Source: Candidatus Micrarchaeota archaeon (GTDB taxonomy: Archaea > Micrarchaeota > Micrarchaeia > Anstonellales > Bilamarchaeaceae). From it: a stretch of 14,519 bases of DNA. Shown one piece after another: positions 1-6,639 of the stretch. The notes beneath the pieces were generated by a model, which was not told the origin of the DNA, did not search any database, and worked only from the letters and a program-made list of their open reading frames with translations. Within the stretch, counting starts at the first letter, position 1. Every line of letters begins with the position of its first letter. The stretch is taken from contig JAQBFN010000048.1 in the NCBI GenBank assembly GCA_032123335.1, positions 1 through 14,519 on the forward strand. Direction: 5' to 3'. The position numbers and the translations under genes are program-made.

Positions 1-506
1 CCTGCGACGGCCCATTCTTCAAGGGCCAGGCCGTAGCAGTAATCGGAGGCGGAAACACCGCAGTGGAAGAAGGCATCCACCTCACAAATTTCGCAAGCAA
101 GGTTATCCTGGTCCACCGCCGCGATGAGCTCCGTGCAGAAAAATACCTTGCAGACAAGGCCCTAAACCACGAAAAGATGGACTTCCTCTGGAACAGCGAA
201 GTGGTAAGCATAAACGGAAACGAAAAAGTGGAATCCCTCACAGTAAAAAACAACAAATCAAATGAAGAAAAAACAATCGAGCTAGGAGGAGTATTCATTT
301 TCGTTGGGATGCTCCCCAACAGCGAGATGTTTAAAGGCCAAATAGATCTAGATGAGCGCGGCTACATACTCACAAACGAAAAGATGCAAACCAATATCCC
401 AGGAGTTTATGCTGCAGGGGACGTACGAAGCTCCCCGGTAAAACAGATAACCACCGCAGCAGCTGACGGGACAATCGCATCAATAGTCTCCTGCGGCGGC
501 CATTAA
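1..506 (+). CDS. trxB: Thioredoxin-disulfide reductase, 5'-truncated by the window edge
   Basis: The frame is open from base 3: CDGPFFKGQAVAVIGGGNTAVEEG (second Cys of CxxC plus the NADPH-binding GGG motif), then VHRRDELRA, GVFIFVG and TNIPGVYAAGDV (FAD-binding). Stop TAA at 504-506. Confidence 0.95.
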   Translation, partial: CDGPFFKGQAVAVIGGGNTAVEEGIHLTNFASKVILVHRRDELRAEKYLADKALNHEKMDFLWNSEVVSINGNEKVESLTVKNNKSNEEKTIELGGVFIFVGMLPNSEMFKGQIDLDERGYILTNEKMQTNIPGVYAAGDVRSSPVKQITTAAADGTIASIVSCGGH

Positions 507-1237
507 TACCCTGTGCTCTCTTTCTCAAAGAACCGTATCAATGAGCTTGCCGCAATTGGGTAGAACACGAAATACATAACTATGTTCAGGAGTGGAACCG
601 CATTGCTGAGCACCACCATTACATAGAATGTATATACCAGGATCGCCTTCACGTTCGCATCTTTTACAAAATTCAGGGAAATCAGGATTGCGCTGAAAGG
701 CCTCACCTTCTTTTCCACATAGGCAATGAATGCAAACGCAAAAAGGAACTCTATAATGAACATTTCAAACAGCGCTATTATCGCAAACACATACGAAAGC
801 GCTTCATGCACGGCCCCCAGGTCTAGGAAATAATAGATGAGCAATAGGGGAGTCACAAAGAATCCCATCACAATCATCTTCACCAGGGATATCACGAAGA
901 ACGGCAGGCAGTTTTTGAATGCATAATTCATGTAGGAAACTACTCCAACCGGCTGCGCCCGCAGTGCCTTGAAAAGCTCTTCCCAGAATGCCCCCTTATA
1001 CCCCGCGGACAATATCGCATTTATCACAAGCAAAATGGCTCCCACAATCCCAAGCACGATAAGCGTTATCTCTGCATCCGCACCCACTGAAGTAAACAAT
1101 AGGAACAGGAGAAGCAAAACTCCCACTGATGCACCCACCGTAATGGCCATGAAAACCGGGTAAAGGAACGTTGGAAGCATAAACGAAACAGGGTCCCGTG
1201 AAAAACTCTCCAGCGAGCCTTTGATTGCACCTAGCAG
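503..1237 (-). CDS. Multi-pass membrane protein of unknown function
   Basis: About 5-6 hydrophobic segments. The track starts at ATG 1180, but the frame is open up to a TGA at 1252-1250, and a GGTGA RBS (1246-1242) lies 4 nt before a CTG at 1237. The start is uncertain (1237 or 1180). Confidence 0.8.
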   Translation of the reverse strand: MLGAIKGSLESFSRDPVSFMLPTFLYPVFMAITVGASVGVLLLLFLLFTSVGADAEITLIVLGIVGAILLVINAILSAGYKGAFWEELFKALRAQPVGVVSYMNYAFKNCLPFFVISLVKMIVMGFFVTPLLLIYYFLDLGAVHEALSYVFAIIALFEMFIIEFLFAFAFIAYVEKKVRPFSAILISLNFVKDANVKAILVYTFYVMVVLSNAVPLLNIVMYFVFYPIAASSLIRFFEKESTGY

Positions 1238-1267
1238 CAGATCACCTGTTCAGCCTTAGGCTCCAGC

Positions 1268-1276
1268 ATTTAAAAA
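1268..1276. promoter_or_regulatory. TATA box between divergent genes (ATTTAAAAA; TTTTTAAAT on the minus strand)
   Basis: Lies about 25 nt upstream of ribK ATG 1299, which has no RBS (leaderless). It also reads as a TATA element toward the minus-strand membrane gene. Confidence 0.55.
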
Positions 1277-1298
1277 CTTTTTCCAGCTCTTTCTTCAT

Positions 1299-1934
1299 AT
1301 GGATGAACTTCTCCTGTTTCTTGCAGAAAAAGGTGCACTCCAGAATCCCGTGCATTTCACAACGAAATCCATAGGCGCATCCTTTTCCATGAGCCAGCAG
1401 AATGCATCAATCCGCCTAAGGAAGCTCACAGATGAGGGTTTCATCTCCAAAACAGAAAAAGGCCTCCAGCTCACTGAGAAAGGCAAGAAAAACCTAATCT
1501 CATTATATTCCCGCATGAAATCCATTTTTCAGCTGAAGAGCTTTGTTTTCAACGGAAAAATCGTAAAAGGATCTGATGAAGGAAAATACTACATTTCTCT
1601 CTCCCAGTACAAGCAGAAAATAAAGGATGCCCTGGGCTTCATCCCGTTCCCAGGCACACTCAACATAGAGCTTGATGAATCCCAGATTGAAACCCGCATT
1701 GCATTGAGGGAACACAAGCCCATAGTGATAGCAGGCTTCAAATCCCAGGGAAGGAGCTTTGGCCCTGCAGAGCTTTACCCCTGCACGATAGGCGGTTATG
1801 CAGGAGCCCTTGTATTCCCATTTCGTTCCCACCATGGCCTCAGGATCCTCGAAATCATCTCACCCTATGACTTAACCAAAAAGCTGCCCATTTTCATGGG
1901 CTCAAAAATAAGTGTAGAAGTGGTTTTCCAGTAG
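1299..1934 (+). CDS. ribK: CTP-dependent riboflavin kinase with N-terminal winged HTH (RbkR-type architecture)
   Basis: N-terminal HTH (SMSQQNASIRLRKLTDEGFI...LTEKGK), then archaeal RibK motifs GKIVKGSDEGKYY, LGFIPFPGTLNI and LEIISPYDL. Confidence 0.92.
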   Translation: MDELLLFLAEKGALQNPVHFTTKSIGASFSMSQQNASIRLRKLTDEGFISKTEKGLQLTEKGKKNLISLYSRMKSIFQLKSFVFNGKIVKGSDEGKYYISLSQYKQKIKDALGFIPFPGTLNIELDESQIETRIALREHKPIVIAGFKSQGRSFGPAELYPCTIGGYAGALVFPFRSHHGLRILEIISPYDLTKKLPIFMGSKISVEVVFQ

Positions 1935-1937
1935 CTC

Positions 1938-2426
1938 CTACTCCACTTTCCTTTTCGCTTCCCGTATTTTATCCTGGATAATCGCCCGGGTTTCGCTTTC
2001 CTTGAACCTTTTCTTTATGCCCAGGTCTATGCCGGTATCAAGCTCAATCCCCTTGAACATGAAGTGGTAGAATATCCGGTATGCAACCGCCAGCACTACC
2101 GCAAGCCCCACCAGCCCCACTTCAACACTTGAGTTTACAATGGGCGTAACCAAGATGCTTATCCGGTCATGTATTATTGTAAACACAAGCGCAAGCAGCA
2201 TCAGTATCATAAATGAGATTACTGTAGAAAGTATCGGCCTCTCCAGCCTCATCTGCTTGATTACCCTCCTGCTTGAAATCCCGCTTTTCTCCTCTACGAT
2301 TACAAGTACAAGCAGTATCACGAAGAAAGAAGCAAGCGAAGTAAGAGTATACATGGAAAGCCCAAAGAAATTTAGCAAAAACACTGCGATTATGGCAGAA
2401 ATAAATGCTTCTATGAACAGCTTCAT
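1938..2426 (-). CDS. Hypothetical membrane protein (about 4 TM helices, basic C-terminal tail)
   Basis: 162-aa ORF with four hydrophobic stretches. TTTTTAAG lies about 25 nt upstream of the ATG on the minus strand. It converges on ribK with a 3-nt gap. Confidence 0.8.
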   Translation of the reverse strand: MKLFIEAFISAIIAVFLLNFFGLSMYTLTSLASFFVILLVLVIVEEKSGISSRRVIKQMRLERPILSTVISFMILMLLALVFTIIHDRISILVTPIVNSSVEVGLVGLAVVLAVAYRIFYHFMFKGIELDTGIDLGIKKRFKESETRAIIQDKIREAKRKVE

Positions 2427-2462
2427 GAAGTTTGTATATGCTTGAATAGCTTAAAAATGTTA

Positions 2463-2714
2463 TGAACGGGAGGCATAGCCTGCCTTCTGTCGGCAAATTG
2501 CCGTAGCGGCATTATACTAAGCGCCAATTCCTGGCTTGCACCATCATCCGGCCTTCGCGGGCCGTTTCATCTCCAGTGCAGGCATCTCGTTTCCTCATAG
2601 TTAGCCTGCAGAAGTTACGTTTCTGTTCCCGCTAAGAGCCCCCTTAAGGGGCCTGTGCCTCTGGTGGGCAGAACTTCCTCCGGAGTACCCGGTGAGCCGC
2701 CTGCCTCCCGTTCA
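2463..2714 (-). ncRNA. rnpB: Archaeal RNase P RNA (reduced, type-M-like)
   Basis: A perfect 13-bp terminal inverted repeat forms P1 (2463-2475/2702-2714). On the minus strand, CR-I GAGGAAGUUCUGCCCACC (2680-2663) pairs with CR-V ACAGAAGGCAGGCUA (2490-2476) to give P4 with a bulged U. Also present: P2 GCGGC/GCCGC, a P3 hairpin (2680-2692), ACAGAAAC and UGAAAC loops, P12 UGCAGGC/GCCUGCA (2610-2604/2583-2577), GGUGCAAG, CGCUUAG and a P19 hairpin (2491-2503). Confidence 0.95.
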
Positions 2715-2734
2715 CTATAATATCTCATAAATAC

Positions 2735-2748
2735 TATTTATTCCTTTC
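2735..2748 (-). promoter_or_regulatory. Putative BRE/TATA of the RNase P RNA gene
   Basis: The minus strand reads GAAAGGAATAAATA about 21-34 nt upstream of the P1 5' end at 2714. Confidence 0.5.
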
Positions 2749-2785
2749 CCAGAGCCACCGGAAACACCGGAACCCTCCCCCTCCA

Positions 2786-2797
2786 TTTATTTTAAAA
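2786..2797 (+). promoter_or_regulatory. Putative TATA box of the small ORF-radA operon
   Basis: TTTATTTTAAAA, which predicts a transcription start near 2820 and a leader of about 60 nt before ATG 2881. Confidence 0.5.
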
Positions 2798-2880
2798 CAA
2801 CCCCTCATCAATACCAATACAGAGCACTCGTTTGGGTGCAGATAAATGTGAGTGCCCCACCGGGCACGGACGTGAAACAA

Positions 2881-3156
2881 ATGGAAGAAAAACTAGAAGA
2901 ATTTGAAGAAATAGAGGAATCTCCCGCAAAGGAGCAGAATGCTGAGCAGCCTAAAACCGAAGGAACCGGAGGCGAAAGGCCGGATTTCCGCGTAATGCAG
3001 CCCGACAGGGACAAGGATGGAAACTCCACCCTGAAAAGCGTAGGCGGAATGTGGAAAAAAACCAGCAAGAACGGGAACGACTTTTACGTGCTCAACATCG
3101 GCAGGCTCACCCTCCTGGTGTTCAAGAACGACAAGCAGGGTGGAATGAATGAGTGA
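2881..3156 (+). CDS. Small protein with acidic N-terminus and a DUF736-like beta domain, overlapping radA
   Basis: ATG 2881 is preceded by GTGA (RBS-like), so it is preferred over the track's GTG 2836. The C-terminal half RPDFRV...[20 protein letters not shown] resembles the PDYRV...GAAWxKxSxxGxxYLS pattern of DUF736 (recognised from memory, not searched). It overlaps the radA start by 8 nt. Confidence 0.75.
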   Translation: MEEKLEEFEEIEESPAKEQNAEQPKTEGTGGERPDFRVMQPDRDKDGNSTLKSVGGMWKKTSKNGNDFYVLNIGRLTLLVFKNDKQGGMNE

Positions 3157-4114
3157 TACCGAAAAGAAGTACGAGCTCCTAAAGGAGCTCGAAGACCTCC
3201 CTGGAATTGGTGGGGTAACCGCAGACAAGCTCCGCAAGGCAGGCTATGATGCACTTTCCCAGATTGCAACATCCAGCCCACACGAACTCGCGGAAGCCGG
3301 TGAATTCGGTGTAGAAGCCGCAAAAAAAGCAATTGCATCCGCAAAGGACGCAATGATAACCGGTTTCGAAACCGCAGACCAGCTTCTTGAAAGAAGAAAA
3401 TTCGTAAAACGCATTACCACTGGCTCAAAAAGCCTGGATGATCTTCTCGGAGGTGGCGTGGAAACCCAATCCATCACCGAGTGCTTCGGGAAATTCTCCT
3501 CAGGGAAATCCCAGGTCGGCTTCCAGCTTGCAGTAAATGTGCAACCCGCCCTTCAAGGGGAAGACGGAACGTTCCCGCGTGTACTTTTCATAGATTCTGA
3601 AAGCACATTCAGGCCCGAAAGGATTGTGCAGATTGCAGAAGCTGCAGGCCTTGACCCAGATGAAACCCTGAAGAATATCTTCGTTGCCCGCGCAGAAAAC
3701 TCCGACCACCAGATCCTCCTTCTGGAAAAGGCTGAAGAAATGATCCAGAAAGAGAATGTGCGCCTCATAATAATCGATTCGCTCACCTCTCAATTCCGAG
3801 CGGACTACGTAGGAAGAGGGGCACTAAGCGAGAGGCAGCAGAAGCTCAACAAGCACGTCCACACCCTCCAGAGGTATGCAAACAAATACAACGTTGCAAT
3901 CTATGTTACCAACCAGGTGATGGACAACCCCGCAATCCTCTTTGGAGACCCAACCACTCCAATCGGGGGGCATGTGCTTGCGCACGCTGCAACCTACCGC
4001 ATTTACCTCCGCAAGAGCAAGGAAAGCAAGAGAATCGCAAGGCTGATAGACAGCCCGAGCCTTCCGGAAGGGGAAGCGGTGTTCAAGGTCACTGAAAAAG
4101 GCGTAGGGGACTAA
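3149..4114 (+). CDS. radA: DNA repair and recombination protein RadA
   Basis: N-terminal HhH (LEDLPGIG), FETA polymerisation motif, Walker [22 protein letters not shown], Walker [28 protein letters not shown] and [10 protein letters not shown]. No intein. Confidence 0.98.
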   Translation: MSDTEKKYELLKELEDLPGIGGVTADKLRKAGYDALSQIATSSPHELAEAGEFGVEAAKKAIASAKDAMITGFETADQLLERRKFVKRITTGSKSLDDLLGGGVETQSITECFGKFSSGKSQVGFQLAVNVQPALQGEDGTFPRVLFIDSESTFRPERIVQIAEAAGLDPDETLKNIFVARAENSDHQILLLEKAEEMIQKENVRLIIIDSLTSQFRADYVGRGALSERQQKLNKHVHTLQRYANKYNVAIYVTNQVMDNPAILFGDPTTPIGGHVLAHAATYRIYLRKSKESKRIARLIDSPSLPEGEAVFKVTEKGVGD

Positions 4115-4133
4115 TCCCCTTCTTTTGATTTTT
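4105..4133 (+). terminator. Hairpin plus T-tract over the radA stop codon
   Basis: AGGGGA-CTAA-TCCCCT (6-bp stem, 4105-4120) followed by TCTTTTGATTTTT. Confidence 0.5.
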
Positions 4134-5453
4134 ATGGAACTCTCCTCCAACCATCTGGAATTCCTGGAACGATGCAACGAAGCCAGAAAGGTTGCGCTCT
4201 CTTTCAAGGACCCCCTGATTGTGCATCACTATGACGCGGATGGAATAACATCTGGAGCAATTGTCCAGTCCGCATTCCTCAAGGAAAACAAAAAGCACAG
4301 AACTCTCCCCACGAAAAAACTTGACAACGCATTAATCGACCAACTCAAAACAGAAAAAGAAATAATCTTCGTAGACTTAGGTGGAGGAAACAAGCGCGTA
4401 AACGAACTCCAGGACGTAGTAATAGTTGATCACCACCAAACAGAAGGCGTGAAAAAGCTCCAGGCAAACCCCCTCCTTTTTGGAATTGATGGCGGGTTGG
4501 AGCTTTCCGCATCCGGTGCCGCGTCCCTTGTTTTCGACCACCATTTCGACCTTGGTGTTGTTGGAGCAGTAGGGGATATGCAATACCCCCTTACCGGAAT
4601 GAACCGCTACGTAATGCATAAGGGTGTGGATTCAGGAGAACTCGAAGTAAAAAACGAGCTCAGGATGTACGGAAGGTATTCGCGCCCCCTAGTTGATTTC
4701 CTTGCATACTCAGATGACCCGTTTATTCCCTCCCTCACATTCAACGCAGAAAACTGCGAAAAATTCCTTTCTGACTTAAACATAGAATTGAAAGAAAACG
4801 AAGCCTGGAGAAACTACTCCTCTCTTTCTTTTGAAGAAAAGAAACGCCTAATATCCGCCCTCACCAAGCTCCTGGTAGATAAAGGGATGCGCTGGGCAAC
4901 CTCCGAACTCGTAGGCGAAACATACCTCCTAACAAAACGGAAAAAGCAGCCCAGCACATACGATGCCGCGGAGTTTTCCACAGTCCTCAACGCATGCGGG
5001 AGGCACGCACGTGCTGAAGTAGGAATTGCGCTTTGCCTGGAAAAAGAAAATTCATATGAAGCAGCACTTGAGCTATTAAAGAAGCACAAACTTGCGATAA
5101 GGAAGGGCGTTTCCTTTGCAAAAAACAACCTGAATGATTTCGGCCCCTTCTTTTTCCTGGATGCAAGGGGCATAATTGAAGATTCAATCATCGGGATAGT
5201 CTGTGGAATGGTTTCCGGAGGAAAAACAAAGCCAATTCTCGGTGCAGCCCTTTCCGAAAGCGGAGTAAAGGTTTCCTCCCGCGGCACAAAAAAGCTGATT
5301 GATGAAGGCCTGAACCTGGGAAAAGCGATGTCCATCTCCTCGGAGAAAGTTGGGGGCATCGGGGGAGGCCACAGAATTGCAGCAGGCTCTAACATACCTT
5401 CAGAAACCCTCAATCAGTTCCTAGATTCAGTGGGCGAACTATTACGGCAATAA
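4134..5453 (+). CDS. DHH/DHHA1 phosphoesterase, archaeal RecJ-like ssDNA exonuclease family
   Basis: Motifs HHYDADGITS, FVDLG, IVDHH, SASG, VGAVGD, NACGR and C-terminal DHHA1 GGGHRIAAG. ATG 4134 is preferred to the track's TTG 4125. Confidence 0.9.
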   Translation: MELSSNHLEFLERCNEARKVALSFKDPLIVHHYDADGITSGAIVQSAFLKENKKHRTLPTKKLDNALIDQLKTEKEIIFVDLGGGNKRVNELQDVVIVDHHQTEGVKKLQANPLLFGIDGGLELSASGAASLVFDHHFDLGVVGAVGDMQYPLTGMNRYVMHKGVDSGELEVKNELRMYGRYSRPLVDFLAYSDDPFIPSLTFNAENCEKFLSDLNIELKENEAWRNYSSLSFEEKKRLISALTKLLVDKGMRWATSELVGETYLLTKRKKQPSTYDAAEFSTVLNACGRHARAEVGIALCLEKENSYEAALELLKKHKLAIRKGVSFAKNNLNDFGPFFFLDARGIIEDSIIGIVCGMVSGGKTKPILGAALSESGVKVSSRGTKKLIDEGLNLGKAMSISSEKVGGIGGGHRIAAGSNIPSETLNQFLDSVGELLRQ

Positions 5454-5503
5454 GCGAAAAACCAACTAGAGTATTTTTATAGTTTTTGAGCAACAATTTC
5501 CAC

Positions 5504-6076
5504 ATGGCTAGTTTGGGTTCTTCAATTTGTGGGAGGCTTAGTTCAGTAACCACAGTCCCCATAGCGAAGCCCAAGATTGCAGGTGATTCTGGAGGACCCC
5601 GGCCCCTTTCAAAATTTAAGCTAATTACCGGGGGATCCCAACAAATGGAAACGCCCACAACTCAAGCAAAGATTTTGAGAAGGGAAAAGAATGTTTCTTT
5701 TGTTTCGTTTGCTTCTGAAAAAGCTAAAGAAGAAATCAGGGAAAAAAGTACGGAGGTCACACCTTCAGTTCAAATGGAAAAACAAAAACCCCTTTTTCAT
5801 TTCCAGGAAAAAAATGAAAAGGGAGAGTTACCCTCAATCTCCCATGCAGGTTGTGATCTGCGTACTGCTACGGTGAGCAGCACTTCCACGCAGAAGGGCC
5901 TCAAAAACAAAAAGCAGGGAAGGTTTGACCAGCTCTGGATGGTGAAATGGTTTGACTGGTACAAATACGTAATTGCCATGACGAGAAAAGCATGGGACCT
6001 TATCAGAACCACAGGCAACAAATTGATGAGCCAGGCAGTACGCGCGGAAAGCGCAAAGACTGCACACTCAAGTTAA
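5504..6076 (+). CDS. Orphan hypothetical protein (probably largely disordered, Trp-rich helix near the C-terminus)
   Basis: A 190-aa ORF that fills the gap between genes. TTTTTATA (5474-5481) lies about 25 nt upstream of ATG 5504, and a T-rich tract follows the stop. No recognisable domain. Confidence 0.55.
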   Translation: MASLGSSICGRLSSVTTVPIAKPKIAGDSGGPRPLSKFKLITGGSQQMETPTTQAKILRREKNVSFVSFASEKAKEEIREKSTEVTPSVQMEKQKPLFHFQEKNEKGELPSISHAGCDLRTATVSSTSTQKGLKNKKQGRFDQLWMVKWFDWYKYVIAMTRKAWDLIRTTGNKLMSQAVRAESAKTAHSS

Positions 6077-6170
6077 TTCTTTCGAATTTTTTCAATCAAA
6101 ACCTGATTCGTTTGACGAAAAACTACGCAATGTTTTTATTATTTGCGTTGGTATTACGAACGTGAAGTAA

Positions 6171-6569
6171 ATGGGGATATTGGATAAATTGAAAGGATGG
6201 CTGTTCGGAAAGCACGAAGAAAAAGAAATGAAAGCCAGCCCTGAACCACCCATGCAACAGCACGAAACTGTCATCTACGAGGAGGAAGAACACACTGAAC
6301 CTCCAGAGATAGATGAATATGTTGAGGTTGAGCTGTCAAAGCCAGCCAAAAAAGTTCATAGTACAACTCCCACGGAGGGTACCACTATGGTGAAGAAAAA
6401 AACAACAAAGAAAAAAACGGCCAAAAAGAAAGTAACAAAAAAGAAAACCGTGAAGAAGAAGGTAACTAAGAAGAAGACCGCAAAGAAGAAGACCGCAAAG
6501 AAGGCAGTCAAGAAAAAGCCAGCCACGAAGAAGGCTGCAAAAAAGAAGACCACAAAAAAGAAAAAGTGA
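6171..6569 (+). CDS. Histone-H1-like lysine-rich protein (amphipathic N-terminus, acidic linker, xxKKK repeat tail); possible internal start at 6387
   Basis: GTGA precedes ATG 6171. The last 60 aa contain 35 Lys, mostly in 5-residue repeats. In-frame ATG 6387 has its own GGAGG 8 nt upstream. Confidence 0.85.
   Translation: MGILDKLKGWLFGKHEEKEMKASPEPPMQQHETVIYEEEEHTEPPEIDEYVEVELSKPAKKVHSTTPTEGTTMVKKKTTKKKTAKKKVTKKKTVKKKVTKKKTAKKKTAKKAVKKKPATKKAAKKKTTKKKK
6387..6566 (+). repeat. Coding 15-nt degenerate tandem repeat (xx-K-K-K pentapeptide)
   Basis: Includes the exact copy AAGAAGACCGCAAAG AAGAAGACCGCAAAG. Seven consecutive xxKKK units are followed by less regular units. Confidence 0.85.
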
Positions 6570-6574
6570 TCAAT

Positions 6575-6620
6575 GTAAATAGGCGGCCGAAACCTATCTA
6601 CCTTATTTTATTTTTTTTAA
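6575..6620 (+). terminator. Imperfect hairpin plus long T-tract after the first Lys-rich gene
   Basis: GTAAATAGG (6575-6583) / CCTATCTAC (6593-6601), 8 of 9 pairs, followed by CTTATTTTATTTTTTTT. Confidence 0.55.
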
Positions 6621-6639
6621 CCTTGAAAAGGTGATTTGA

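Noticed and set aside
2167..2496. 109-aa minus-strand ORF
   Set aside because: Starts inside the RNase P RNA and overlaps the better-supported 1938-2426 gene out of frame.
3149..4114. Intein in RadA, or assignment as RadB
   Set aside because: The 321-aa sequence is continuous through Walker A and retains the N-terminal HhH domain, so it is an uninterrupted RadA.
4814..5413. 199-aa minus-strand ORF and the other short overlapping ORFs in the track
   Set aside because: They are antisense or out-of-frame shadows of well-supported genes, with no motifs or initiation signals.
6356..6553. Phe-rich 65-aa minus-strand ORF resembling a membrane peptide
   Set aside because: It is the reverse complement of the AAA/AAG lysine repeats.
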